Source of the DNA: an uncultured Verrucomicrobiae bacterium
GTDB taxonomy: Bacteria > Verrucomicrobiota > Verrucomicrobiia > Chthoniobacterales > UBA10450
DNA: 64,000 nt
NCBI GenBank assembly: GCA_963735805.1
Contig: CAVTMK010000002.1
Location: forward strand, 1,600,001 to 1,664,000
Direction of reading: 5' to 3'
The translations under genes and the position numbers were made by a program. Within the stretch, counting starts at the first letter, position 1, and each line of letters opens with the position of its first letter. The notes beneath the pieces were generated by a model. That model saw nothing but the letters and a program-made list of their open reading frames with translations, did no database searches and was not told where the DNA came from. Of this stretch, positions 21,240 through 31,101 are shown in pieces.

Positions 21240-22331
21240 ATGGCTGTACATCTGCCACTCGATCACCTGAGCGAGCTTTGGCCGGCAAAATTTCGCGGTG
21301 CACGTATCGGCGCGTTGCTTCATCCCGCATCGATCTCTGCAAAGCTCGAACATGCGTCACGGATTCTGGAGCGACTCCACCATGTTGATCTTTTTCGTCT
21401 ATCGGCGCTTTTTGGACCACAACATGGGTTTCTCGGCCAGACGCAGGACAACATGGTAGAATGGAAAAGCTACCAGCATCCGCGTCTTCACGTTCCGGTT
21501 TACAGTCTTTACGGCGAACATCGCGAGCCGACTCCGGAGATGCTGCAAGATCTCGATGTTTTGCTTGTTGATCTTCAGGATGTCGGAGCGCGCTATTATA
21601 CTTTCATTTGGACGGTGTATCTCTGCATGCGTGCCTGCGAAAAAACGGACATCGAAATCGTCGTTCTCGATCGGCCGAATCCGATTAATGGTGTGACGAG
21701 TGAGGGGCCACTGCTCGACCCTAATTACAAATCGTTCGTTGGTCTTCACCCGATTCCGGTGCGACATGGAAAAACAATCGGCGAACTGGCAAAACAGTTT
21801 CGAGACGAGGCTTTTCCCGGATGTCGATTGTCGCTCTTGCCGATGAAAAACTGGGAACGTGGGATGTGGTTCGACCAAACCGGTCTGCCCTGGGTGATGC
21901 CTTCTCCCAACATGCCGGCGCTCGAAACTGCGATCGTTTACCCTGGGATGTGTCTCCTGGAAGGGACAAATATCTCGGAAGGCCGCGGCACAACGCGCCC
22001 ATTCGAGATTTTCGGCGCGCCGTTTATTGAAGCCGAAACACTCTGCCACGAGCTCAACTCGTTAGGATTACCCGGCGTCTTCTTCCGCGAAGATTATTTT
22101 CAGCCGACCTTTCACAAGTTCGCGGGTGAACTTTGTAACGGTGCGCAGTTACACGTTATCGATCGAAATGTGTTTCAAGCGTTTCAAACAGGCGTTGAAA
22201 TCATTCGCACGCTTCGAAAATTGTATCCGAAGCAATTCGCATGGAAACAACCACCGTACGAATACGAATGGAAACGACTTCCCATGGAAGTTTTAATCGG
22301 CGGGCCGATCGAATCGCTTTTCGGCGCCTGA
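21240..22331 (+). CDS. DUF1343 / NamZ exo-beta-N-acetylmuramidase family protein
   Basis: LFGPQHG, DLQDVGARYYT, LDRPNP, PSPNMP, SEGRGTTRPFE. Confidence 0.93.
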   Translation: MAVHLPLDHLSELWPAKFRGARIGALLHPASISAKLEHASRILERLHHVDLFRLSALFGPQHGFLGQTQDNMVEWKSYQHPRLHVPVYSLYGEHREPTPEMLQDLDVLLVDLQDVGARYYTFIWTVYLCMRACEKTDIEIVVLDRPNPINGVTSEGPLLDPNYKSFVGLHPIPVRHGKTIGELAKQFRDEAFPGCRLSLLPMKNWERGMWFDQTGLPWVMPSPNMPALETAIVYPGMCLLEGTNISEGRGTTRPFEIFGAPFIEAETLCHELNSLGLPGVFFREDYFQPTFHKFAGELCNGAQLHVIDRNVFQAFQTGVEIIRTLRKLYPKQFAWKQPPYEYEWKRLPMEVLIGGPIESLFGA

Positions 22332-22975
22332 TCACCTGGCTGGCGGCTTTTAGCATTCTCGCTTGTGCGGAAGTCCGAGCGGACATCCCGTGGCCTGAAG
22401 TTGTCCAAAGGCTCGCCTATGAGAACGAAAAACTGGCGCGGCGTCCTCAGGGACATAACGGCGAGTACTTCGTAGTCTGCACACTTTATTTCACACCGAA
22501 AGAATCCGGCTTCACTTTCGAACGCGGTTTCGATGCGACGCCAGTCACAAAACCCGGATTGCATGGACGAAAATATCCCCGCGACTTTCTGCGGTCGGTG
22601 AAGAAAGAAGGCTTCGGTAGAATCGTTACACCGGTAAACGGACGCGACTACATTCGTTACAATGGGGGTTCATATGCATTTGCTTCGAATCCCACTGGCG
22701 GAGGCGGCGTTTTGGTTCCACGCTTTTCTGCTGCGATGAAGTTCACGCAAGCTAGTTTGCAGCACGGGGCGATTATCGAGACTGAGTCGCCGGATCTGCA
22801 CAAGGTATTTCGCAGCAATCGATGGAAAATTATGGACACTGGCGGTGGTTTGCGCCGATGGCAGATCGACTGCTATTACGGAGAAGATGAGCCGCTTGGA
22901 CCGGGCAAATTCATGGGCCGGCCGCGGGCAACTACCTTCGAGTACGCTTACGCCAAAGCGCGAATCACAAATTGA
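22268..22975 (+). CDS. secreted hypothetical protein with divergent 3D/MltA-like motif; start uncertain, overlaps NamZ end
   Basis: Hydrophobic signal ending AEVRA; IMDTGGGL..WQIDCYYG resembles the 3D DTG...ID motif. Confidence 0.65.
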   Translation: METTSHGSFNRRADRIAFRRLITWLAAFSILACAEVRADIPWPEVVQRLAYENEKLARRPQGHNGEYFVVCTLYFTPKESGFTFERGFDATPVTKPGLHGRKYPRDFLRSVKKEGFGRIVTPVNGRDYIRYNGGSYAFASNPTGGGGVLVPRFSAAMKFTQASLQHGAIIETESPDLHKVFRSNRWKIMDTGGGLRRWQIDCYYGEDEPLGPGKFMGRPRATTFEYAYAKARITN

Positions 22976-22976
22976 C

Positions 22977-23726
22977 ATGAAGCCGTTTACGGTTCGGCTC
23001 AATTTGCACGGAGACCTGGATTTTTTCGTGCGATCAGGAGCGCGTGGCCGAAGCATCGAACGCAGCCTGGGCGAAAAGACGTCGGTAAAAGATGTTTTCG
23101 AAGGGTGCGGCGTTCCGCACCCGGAAGTCGATTTGATCCTGCTTAACGGGCAACCGGTCGATTTTGACTACGTAACCGGCAATGATGCGATTGTCGAGCT
23201 TTATCCAGTGAAAACAGCTCCTCCGAACTTTAAGGACAAACGCTTACAAATTAGTAGCACTAAAAGATTTATCTTGGATGGACATCTCGGGAAACTGGCC
23301 CGGGATTTGCGCTTGCTCGGGTTTGACGTCGCCTACGATGCTCGAGCGGAAGATCGCCAATTGATCGACATAATGGAACGCGAAAACCGTGCGCTGCTCA
23401 CACGCGACCGGCGTTTGCTCATGCACCGGGTGGTAAAGGCCGGTTACTGCCCGCGGTCACAGAATGTTGACGAACAAACCGTCGAAGTGATCCGTCGTTT
23501 TGATCTTCTTGGTTCCATCGCCCCCTTCACGCGGTGCCTTCGCTGCAACGCGCCGCTGCGAAAGGTTTCCAAGGCTGACGTAATTGAGAACCTCGAACCG
23601 CTCACGAAAATCTATTACGAACAATTTCGGCGTTGCGCTGGCTGTGGGCAGATTTATTGGTCTGGGTCCCACTTCTCAAAACTCCAAAGTCGCCTTGAGA
23701 CACTCTGCGCGAATTGTTCTAGTTGA
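22977..23726 (+). CDS. Mut7-C RNase domain protein (ubiquitin-like + PIN + Zn ribbon)
   Basis: SVKD..E.CGVPHPEV, DGHLGKLARDLRLLGFD, LLTRDR, RCLRCN, C..CGQIYW.GSH. Confidence 0.93.
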   Translation: MKPFTVRLNLHGDLDFFVRSGARGRSIERSLGEKTSVKDVFEGCGVPHPEVDLILLNGQPVDFDYVTGNDAIVELYPVKTAPPNFKDKRLQISSTKRFILDGHLGKLARDLRLLGFDVAYDARAEDRQLIDIMERENRALLTRDRRLLMHRVVKAGYCPRSQNVDEQTVEVIRRFDLLGSIAPFTRCLRCNAPLRKVSKADVIENLEPLTKIYYEQFRRCAGCGQIYWSGSHFSKLQSRLETLCANCSS

Positions 23727-23791
23727 GTCAATGCAGTGGCAGACCTGTTGTAGTCAGAATCGGATTCAATCGTATCGTCGGCAATTCTGAG

Positions 23792-24907
23792 ATGAAATCT
23801 GCATCGTGCCGCGCCGTATGCGTGGCGCTCTTCACACTTCAATTTTCAATCGCAGCACAAGCTTACAGCCCGCTTGGCCATGAGATCGTGGGCGCGATCG
23901 CGGACGAGCGATTGGCAAATACGCCCACCGCTACAAAGATCCACGCGCTTCTGGGTCCGCTTACATTGGAAAAAGCCGCCGGCATTGCTGACGTTATCAG
24001 AGGCTGGGACAAAAACGGCGTTGACGATACGCGGTCATTCCATATTTCAGGACCTCGCTACATCGACAGGCAGTTGCGCGATTTCTGGAGAGCAAACCCG
24101 CCAACTAGCGTAAATCCTGATACGCCTTCACATCATTGGTTCCACTATACCGATGTTCCGGTGGTGCCGGTGCAAAGGTACCGCGACGGCTTGGTCGGCC
24201 GCAGCAAATGGGACATCGTACATATGATTCCGTTCTGCGTTCAGGTCTTGGAGGGACAGGTGCCCGAACAAAATGAGCGGAAAATTACGAAGCCGGTGGC
24301 GCTTATTTTGCTCGCTCATTACGTCGGCGACATTCATCAGCCTCTTCACGTAGGCGCGGAATATTTCGACCGACAGGGCAGAACCGTAGATCCGGCTAGA
24401 GACAGGTCGGCGCTTGGAGATGAAGGCGGAAACACGTTTACCCTTGTGCTAAGCGATGAAGCACCGCGCAGGCGCGGAATTCATAAGAAAAAACTCCACG
24501 GCTTTTGGGATTACGATACCGTCAATGCGCTGTTTACTACCGTGCCGGGCACACTGCGCAAAAAGGAATTCTTAGCGGGAATTGAACCGATCAAGAGAGA
24601 ACTGGTTCATGAAATGGCTTCCCATGAACCAAACAACTGGCGGATGCCGGCGAACTTTAACATCAATAACTATGCGGAAGCGTGGGCTGACGAAATTCTG
24701 CCAGTTGCTCGCGAGGCACATGCGCGACTGGAATTCACAAAGGTACACCCGCAGACACACGAAGGCAGCGTCGTTGCAACCGGCGAAGCAGTCGAACAAC
24801 CCAACGCGGCTCACGGTCTTTATCGCGCTTGGTCAACTAGTGTAGTGCGCGACGAACTGCATAAAGCTGGTTGGCGTCTTGCCGATTTGCTGGAGAAAAT
24901 TCTGTAG
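23792..24907 (+). CDS. secreted S1/P1 nuclease
   Basis: Signal peptide then [37 protein letters not shown]. Confidence 0.9.
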   Translation: MKSASCRAVCVALFTLQFSIAAQAYSPLGHEIVGAIADERLANTPTATKIHALLGPLTLEKAAGIADVIRGWDKNGVDDTRSFHISGPRYIDRQLRDFWRANPPTSVNPDTPSHHWFHYTDVPVVPVQRYRDGLVGRSKWDIVHMIPFCVQVLEGQVPEQNERKITKPVALILLAHYVGDIHQPLHVGAEYFDRQGRTVDPARDRSALGDEGGNTFTLVLSDEAPRRRGIHKKKLHGFWDYDTVNALFTTVPGTLRKKEFLAGIEPIKRELVHEMASHEPNNWRMPANFNINNYAEAWADEILPVAREAHARLEFTKVHPQTHEGSVVATGEAVEQPNAAHGLYRAWSTSVVRDELHKAGWRLADLLEKIL

Positions 24908-24915
24908 CTAAAAAA

Positions 24916-25365
24916 ATGCGAGCCGTTGTCCAGCGTGTAAGCCGCGCACGTGTAACCGTCCAGAACAGCATGACAGGAGAAATCGCGACGGGTTTTGTGA
25001 TTTTGCTCGGCATCGGACGCAACGACACGCCCGCTGTAGCTGTCCACTTGGCCGAGAAGATCGCAAACCTGAGAATTTTTGAGGACGACCAGGGTAAAAT
25101 GAATCGCTCCCTCCTGGACGCGGCAGGTAGCGCGCTGGTTGTCTCGCAGTTTACGCTTTATGGTGACGCGCGCGGTCAACGAAGGCCCAGCTTTATTGCT
25201 GCAGCGCCACCGGAACAAGCAAAGACGCTCTACGAAGAATTCAACGAAGCGCTGCGGAGTTTGGGCGTCACCGTCGCGACAGGAGTTTTCCAAGCGATGA
25301 TGTCGGTCGAATTGGTTAATGAAGGTCCCGTCACAATTCTCCTCGATTCCGACAAAACATTCTAG
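24916..25365 (+). CDS. dtd: D-aminoacyl-tRNA deacylase
   Basis: [23 protein letters not shown]. Confidence 0.96.
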   Translation: MRAVVQRVSRARVTVQNSMTGEIATGFVILLGIGRNDTPAVAVHLAEKIANLRIFEDDQGKMNRSLLDAAGSALVVSQFTLYGDARGQRRPSFIAAAPPEQAKTLYEEFNEALRSLGVTVATGVFQAMMSVELVNEGPVTILLDSDKTF

Positions 25366-25480
25366 ACAGTAGCGATTCCGCATAACTCCCGCGAAAATTT
25401 CACTTTCCCGTCGTTAATAGATTCCAGTCGCGTCAAATTACGTTGATTGCAGCCAGCACGGCTGACTCTACAGTGAGCCA

Positions 25481-26443
25481 ATGATTCTCGAACCGGTTCG
25501 CCCGATCAAGTTCTCAGAAATACAAGACGCTCGGAAACGAATTGCCCGAACGATTATTCGCACGCCTCTCGTCCGCCTCGATCTCGGCCCGGATTTTCCC
25601 GATATTCGACTCAAGCTGGAGAACCTGCAGCCGATTAATGCCTACAAGTTACGCGGCGCAGCTAATGCAGTCGCATTGCTCTCAGATTCAGAGCGGAAAC
25701 GCGGCGTGTGGACGATTAGTGCGGGAAACGCAGGTCAGGGGGTTGCCTACGCGGCACGACAGGCAGGAGTGCCGTGTGCAGTTGTGGTAATTGAAACCGC
25801 GCCAAAGGCGAAGCTGGAGCGGATGCGTGCGCTCGGCGCAAAACTCATTCCGGTATCGTACGACGTTGCATGGAAAACGCTCGATGAGCGCTCATTTCCC
25901 GGTGCCGACGGAACATTCATTCATCCGTTCGACGACGACAATTTCATCGCCGGCCACGGAACAATGGGGCTCGAAATTCTGGAGGACGCTCCGGACACCG
26001 CGGCTGTCATTGCCAGCATCGGCGGAGGCGGACTCATCACCGGTGTGGGGACTGCAATCAAAACACTCAAACCGGAGATCAAAATCTTTGGTGTTGAACC
26101 GGAGACAGCCGCACCCGCGGCGCTTTCGTTCCAGAAAGGCGCGCCTCAGGTATTCCCAAACTGGCAAGCGTCATTTGTCGATGGCGCTGGCGGCCAAAGC
26201 ATGTTTCCTCGCATGTGGCAGCGAATGAAGCCAATCGTCGATGATTGCATCGCAGTCACCCTGGAGGAAACGAAGAAAGCGATGCGGCTCATGGCGGAAA
26301 AGACGCGAGTGATTTCCGAGGGCGCAGGCGCGCTGCCACTAGCTGCAGCTTTGACGGGAAAACTTGGCAAAGGGCCGATCGTCGCAATTGTTTCAGGCGG
26401 TAACATCGATCTGAATAAGTTCTGCGAGCTGATCGCAGACTAG
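25481..26443 (+). CDS. PLP-dependent threonine/serine dehydratase family protein
   Basis: KLENLQ..NAYKLRGA, SAGN, GGGGL, SGGNID. Confidence 0.9.
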   Translation: MILEPVRPIKFSEIQDARKRIARTIIRTPLVRLDLGPDFPDIRLKLENLQPINAYKLRGAANAVALLSDSERKRGVWTISAGNAGQGVAYAARQAGVPCAVVVIETAPKAKLERMRALGAKLIPVSYDVAWKTLDERSFPGADGTFIHPFDDDNFIAGHGTMGLEILEDAPDTAAVIASIGGGGLITGVGTAIKTLKPEIKIFGVEPETAAPAALSFQKGAPQVFPNWQASFVDGAGGQSMFPRMWQRMKPIVDDCIAVTLEETKKAMRLMAEKTRVISEGAGALPLAAALTGKLGKGPIVAIVSGGNIDLNKFCELIAD

Positions 26444-26528
26444 GAAAGTCGTACCGCCATACCTGTATTGACTTTCGCCTCGAAACTTGAGAAAGCCTTT
26501 CCCGTAGTACAGCAAAGAAGGAAAACAT

Positions 26529-27182
26529 ATGAAAATTGGCGATACAGCACCGGACTTTGAAGCAGAAACCACCGAGGGCCGCATACGTTTCCACGATTGG
26601 ATCGGTAACTCGTGGGCAATCCTTTTCTCGCACCCGAAGGATTTCACTCCGGTCTGCACGACCGAGCTCGGTTACATGGCTAAAATTAAACCGGAGTTCG
26701 ATCGCAGAAATGTGAAGGTAATGGGTTTGTCGGTCGATTCAGCTGGCGATCATAAAGGTTGGGCAAAGGACATCGAAGAAACGCAGGGACACGCGCCGAA
26801 CTTTCCGATCGTCGGTGACGCCGACTTCAAGATCTCAAAATTGTACGGGATGCTCCCGGCTGATGTCGAAGGCGACCCGAAGAAGCGCACACCTGCCGAT
26901 AACGCCACCGTGCGCAATGTTTACGTCGTCGGTCCGGACAAAAAAATTAAGCTGATCCTGATTTACCCCATGACAACAGGCCGCAACTTCGACGAAGTGT
27001 TGCGAGTAATCGACTCGTTGCAATTGACCTCGAAGCACCAGGTGGCTACACCTGTTAACTGGAAGCTAGGGGACGATGTGATTATTGCGGGTTCTGTATC
27101 AGACGAAGAAGCGAAGAAACGTTATCCGCAAGGGTGGAAAGCGCCGAAGCCATATCTCCGCATCGTGCCGCAGCCGCAATAA
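26529..27182 (+). CDS. 1-Cys peroxiredoxin (Prx6 type)
   Basis: FSHPKDFTPVCTTE, YPMTTGRNFDE, ATPVNW. Confidence 0.95.
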   Translation: MKIGDTAPDFEAETTEGRIRFHDWIGNSWAILFSHPKDFTPVCTTELGYMAKIKPEFDRRNVKVMGLSVDSAGDHKGWAKDIEETQGHAPNFPIVGDADFKISKLYGMLPADVEGDPKKRTPADNATVRNVYVVGPDKKIKLILIYPMTTGRNFDEVLRVIDSLQLTSKHQVATPVNWKLGDDVIIAGSVSDEEAKKRYPQGWKAPKPYLRIVPQPQ

Positions 27183-27184
27183 TT

Positions 27185-27206
27185 GTAGGGCGTTTCTATG
27201 AAACGC
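27185..27206 (+). repeat. GTAG-type REP palindrome
   Basis: GTAGG-GCGTTTC-TAT-GAAACGC between convergent genes. Confidence 0.55.
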
Positions 27207-27208
27207 AG

Positions 27209-27991
27209 CTATCGCTCAGCAGAATAGTTCACCGGATCCTGCTGAAAATAGTTTTGCAATTCTGCGTACAGCTTTGGATGACGAGCGCGCAACGCACGCG
27301 GCTGCTCAAAGAACGCCTCGACTGACACGGCAAAAAACTCAACAGGATTGGTCGCTCCATAAGTATTGAGTAACGTCGGTATTCCGCTCTCATCTGCAGC
27401 GCGCAGCGACGCAAACTCGGCTCTCATAACCTCGCTCCAAACCAATTGTTGTTCCCGCGTTGCCAACTCCGGGACCCCGTCAGCTGCGTGATTTTCATAA
27501 TCGAGTTGGTGAGCAAATTCATGAAGAACAACGTTTTTTCCGTCGGAGGGATCGGCCGCGCCATGTTTGACGGCCCCCCAGGAAAGGACCAACGAACCCA
27601 TTCTGCGACCGGTCTCGCCAAGACGACTCACGGTTCCCTCTTCCCAGACATGCTCACCGATCTGCCGTTTGTCTTCCACCATGTACGTCAGTGGATAAAC
27701 AAGAATCGTGAGCAGACCGGGGAAATAGTCCGTTCTGCGATGCAATAATAAAAGACAAGCTTGCGTCGCAATCGTGACACGGACTTCATCCGTGATGGTG
27801 AAACCGCCACATCCCTCGAAACGTTTCTCAGCAAGAAATACCTGGATGTGACCAAGTAGTTCAGCACGGTCACCGGCAGATAGCTTTTGAAAAAATACAA
27901 CATGACGCTGAATCAACGTCAGCCATTCCTTCGGAAATTGCCGAGTTCGCAGGCGACGCCGCCTTCGCTGCTTTAGGAATGCCAAAATCAC
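27209..27991 (-). CDS. MtfA/M90 family zinc peptidase
   Basis: NVVLHEFAHQLD, YGATNPVEFFAVSVEAFFE. Confidence 0.92.
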   Translation of the reverse strand: MILAFLKQRRRRRLRTRQFPKEWLTLIQRHVVFFQKLSAGDRAELLGHIQVFLAEKRFEGCGGFTITDEVRVTIATQACLLLLHRRTDYFPGLLTILVYPLTYMVEDKRQIGEHVWEEGTVSRLGETGRRMGSLVLSWGAVKHGAADPSDGKNVVLHEFAHQLDYENHAADGVPELATREQQLVWSEVMRAEFASLRAADESGIPTLLNTYGATNPVEFFAVSVEAFFEQPRALRARHPKLYAELQNYFQQDPVNYSAER

Positions 27992-28013
27992 AGGGAAATG
28001 TAAGGAGAACGTT

Positions 28014-29375
28014 TCACCACGTTCGCTTCAGTGGGTGTGCTTCAGTATTGAAGATGACTTTATCGAACTCCAAAGTTTCAGACGGCGCGAAGAGCAAGTA
28101 GAAATATTTGAAGGTCTCCGCCAGAGCGAAACTCTCCATTTCGTCGATCTGTTGTTTGTTGATCACGTCCCCAAGCGCAGCGTAACCAGCCTCGGTGCGG
28201 CAATACTTAACAAAGTCATCAAACATTTTCTCGCCCATACGACGATACTCCGGGTCACGCGTGTAATGATAAAGGTAGTAAACGGACTCTACTATTTCGG
28301 GACGCAGATGATAACTTCCTGCCACCACATGCATCGTTTTGTAATCAATAGCTTCCGGTTCGATACCGTAAAGGTTCCACATCTTGAACGATGAAGCTTG
28401 CAGGCGACGCGCACGTTCCAGATCGCCGGATATGGCAAGTAAAGCAGGAAAGAACGCATCGAGCGCGCCGTAAGTTGTCCTGGTCCGCTTACCTGTCTGC
28501 ATATCGGCGTGGCCGTACCACAATCCGCCGCCGCTTTCGTCCGCAAGATATTTGTGAACGGCGGGAATACTCGCTTCCCACATGTCGCGACAATCTTTAT
28601 CGCCAAACAGACGCCAGCACTTCCATAGATACTCGTAGTACGAGTCAATGCCGCCGCTGATGTGACTGTCTGTGTTCGTCCATGCACCTGTTTCGACGTT
28701 GATCCTCTCGCCAACGAGTCCGAGCGCCGAACGACGTTTGAATGTTTCTACCATGGCGCGTTTTGCTTTGTCGTAAAAAACGGGCTTACCGGTCAGTTTG
28801 CTAAGCGTGCCAAATTCCAAGAGCAACGTGCCGGTTTCTGCCGGATTCGTTATTGGGTCGCGTGTCTGGCCAGTGCGCAGGTTAACGTAAACATACGGCA
28901 GTCCTGTCGGTGAATTGAAAACCGGGAGCAATCGGTTGCCCAAATCTTCCGCCAAACTCAAAAGGCGTTTGTCGTCTGTCAGTTGATAGCCGGAAAGCAG
29001 CCCGCCGAGCAGGCGTATCGTTATTTCGAAGTTTTTGACGTAGACATCGCGATCGAACGACAGATCACTGACGATCAGTGATCGTGCTCTTTCTGCCTCG
29101 GGATCGAGATGCATTAGGATGAGCGTGTCGAGCGCATCGACTGGCGTCATCAAAAGCGGCCGCCCGTACCAATCGCGAGCAGTTTTGCTTAAAGGCCGCA
29201 ACGCATCGTGACCCCATGCGTATCGTTCGTAGTTATTCCAGGCATGCAGGAATTCACTTCTCACACGCGCAGCGAGGAAGCGGGCGTGCTCGTCCTGCCG
29301 TGATTTGTTACATCCGTGCGTTGTCAGTGCAACGGCAGCGAGCAAAACCGCAGTTGATACAATTCGTCCTGGCAT
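28014..29375 (-). CDS. glycoside hydrolase family 47 (alpha-1,2-mannosidase), probable lipoprotein
   Basis: AWGHD, FEITIRLLGGLLS, DSYYEYL, LRPE, ESF.LAETFKY, FNTEAHP. Confidence 0.93.
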   Translation of the reverse strand: MPGRIVSTAVLLAAVALTTHGCNKSRQDEHARFLAARVRSEFLHAWNNYERYAWGHDALRPLSKTARDWYGRPLLMTPVDALDTLILMHLDPEAERARSLIVSDLSFDRDVYVKNFEITIRLLGGLLSGYQLTDDKRLLSLAEDLGNRLLPVFNSPTGLPYVYVNLRTGQTRDPITNPAETGTLLLEFGTLSKLTGKPVFYDKAKRAMVETFKRRSALGLVGERINVETGAWTNTDSHISGGIDSYYEYLWKCWRLFGDKDCRDMWEASIPAVHKYLADESGGGLWYGHADMQTGKRTRTTYGALDAFFPALLAISGDLERARRLQASSFKMWNLYGIEPEAIDYKTMHVVAGSYHLRPEIVESVYYLYHYTRDPEYRRMGEKMFDDFVKYCRTEAGYAALGDVINKQQIDEMESFALAETFKYFYLLFAPSETLEFDKVIFNTEAHPLKRTW

Positions 29376-29418
29376 TTAGTTCGGATCAGCCTAACAATCG
29401 ACTAGGAGGCGTTCAAAA

Positions 29419-30546
29419 ATGAATACGATGTCTATTTCGCGACGTAAATTTGCACAATTGTTAGGAGCAGGCGCGGCCGCTGCAGTCGTTAGGCCACAGT
29501 TTTCTTTCGCAAAGCCAACTCAGTCCACTGCCACATCGTTAACGGCGGGCGGCAATATCGTGCGGCTGAGTGCGAATGAAAATCCTTACGGACCGTCGCC
29601 GAAAGGATTGCAGGCGATGACGGATTCATTCGGCCTCGCCTGCCGGTATCCGGACGACCACAATAACGTGCTGATCGATAAGCTTGCGAAGCTGAACGGT
29701 GTCAATCGCGACCAGATCCTGCTGGGTGACGGTTCCGGCGAAATTCTCAAACTCTGCGCGGAAACGTATACGGGACCTCAGAACGGGAAGCTCGTCGCGG
29801 CGGATCCCACGTTTGAAGCAATACTCACTGGCGCCACCGCCAACGGGGCTGAAGTAGTAAAAGTGCCGTTGACCAGCACCTTCGCGCATGACCTGGAGAA
29901 AATGCTCGCCGCGGCGAAGGACGGTTTGATTTACGTCTGCAATCCAAACAATCCTACCGCCAGCATTACGCCGAAGGCTCAGCTGCATGATTTCATCGTT
30001 AAGACTCCACTGACAACGACGATTCTCGTCGACGAAGCCTATTTTCATTACGCCGACAGCCCCGACTACGAGAGTGTGATCGCACTTGTGAAGGAGCATC
30101 CGAACCTGATTGTCTCGCGCACATTTTCAAAAATTTATGGCATGGCAGGAATACGCTGCGGCTATTGCGTTGCACAAAAGGACACGATTGAGCGGATGCG
30201 CCCGAACCAGATGTGGGACAGCGTCAACTGTATGGCGCTGGCAGCTGCTACTGCGAGCCTCGATGATCTGGATCATGTCCCGAACGGACAACGATTAAAC
30301 AAAGACGCAAAAACGTTCACGACATCCGAGCTCGAGAAGATGGGTTACAAAGTAATCCCGTCGCAGGCGAACTTCATCATGTTCGACTGCAAACGCCCGG
30401 TCGTTCCGCTCATTAAAGCGATGAAAGAGCAGAACGTCCACGTCGGCCGCTTATTCCCGGCATTGCCAAATCACATGCGCCTCACGATCGGTAAAAAGTC
30501 GGAAATGGAAGCCTTTCTGGCAGCATTTCGCCAGGCCATGGTCTAA
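29419..30546 (+). CDS. HisC-like class II PLP aminotransferase with twin-arginine signal
   Basis: SRRKF N-terminus; LSANENPYG, NPNNPT, DEAY, RTFSKIYGMAG.R. Confidence 0.88.
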   Translation: MNTMSISRRKFAQLLGAGAAAAVVRPQFSFAKPTQSTATSLTAGGNIVRLSANENPYGPSPKGLQAMTDSFGLACRYPDDHNNVLIDKLAKLNGVNRDQILLGDGSGEILKLCAETYTGPQNGKLVAADPTFEAILTGATANGAEVVKVPLTSTFAHDLEKMLAAAKDGLIYVCNPNNPTASITPKAQLHDFIVKTPLTTTILVDEAYFHYADSPDYESVIALVKEHPNLIVSRTFSKIYGMAGIRCGYCVAQKDTIERMRPNQMWDSVNCMALAAATASLDDLDHVPNGQRLNKDAKTFTTSELEKMGYKVIPSQANFIMFDCKRPVVPLIKAMKEQNVHVGRLFPALPNHMRLTIGKKSEMEAFLAAFRQAMV

Positions 30547-30604
30547 TCCCAACAAGGAGCAACAGAAATGGTGGCGTCCAAGCGGCGCCCCACGCGCCTG
30601 GGTA

Positions 30605-31093
30605 TCAAATGAGCATTGCCAGATCGGGCAAAGCCGCGCGGACGGCCGCCGCGCGCGCATGATCGTCGGCGAGCAAGCGAAAGTCCGCGAAGTCGAATCC
30701 CGGGCCAACTGTGCAGCCGACAAACGCATATTCCCCCAGCGGCCGCGCTGCCTGCCAAATTCCGGCGGCGATTATGCATACCGGCGCGTCCGAGCCGCTG
30801 CCCACCGGAGCCAACCGATGGCGCAGGACAGATTCACCTGATGCGCTGAGCTCCAGCAACTCCAGCGGCCCACCTTCGTACAGGTGCCAGACCTCATCCG
30901 ATGCGACCTGATGCCAACGGCTGAAGCTACTCTCTGTGAGCAGGAAGTAGATCGTCGTCAGCGCGGCACGGGGCTTGCGCCCATCTGTCGGGGTAACCTC
31001 AACTGCGGATCGGAATATCTGGCGATAAAAACCGCCCTCGGGATGGGGCCGCAAATCCAGTGTTGTAATCAATTCGGCAGCTCGCGGGTGCAT
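30605..31093 (-). CDS. cupin (DUF985 / Cupin_5) protein
   Basis: PHPEGG, TTIYFLL, SDEVWH.YEG, CTVGPGFDF. Confidence 0.92.
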   Translation of the reverse strand: MHPRAAELITTLDLRPHPEGGFYRQIFRSAVEVTPTDGRKPRAALTTIYFLLTESSFSRWHQVASDEVWHLYEGGPLELLELSASGESVLRHRLAPVGSGSDAPVCIIAAGIWQAARPLGEYAFVGCTVGPGFDFADFRLLADDHARAAAVRAALPDLAMLI

Positions 31094-31101
31094 CGCGTAA
31101 T

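Noticed and set aside
30547..30604. Possible attC closing the MBL/cupin cassette
   Set aside because: Only a short GC-rich hairpin between convergent genes; no AAC/GTT box pair
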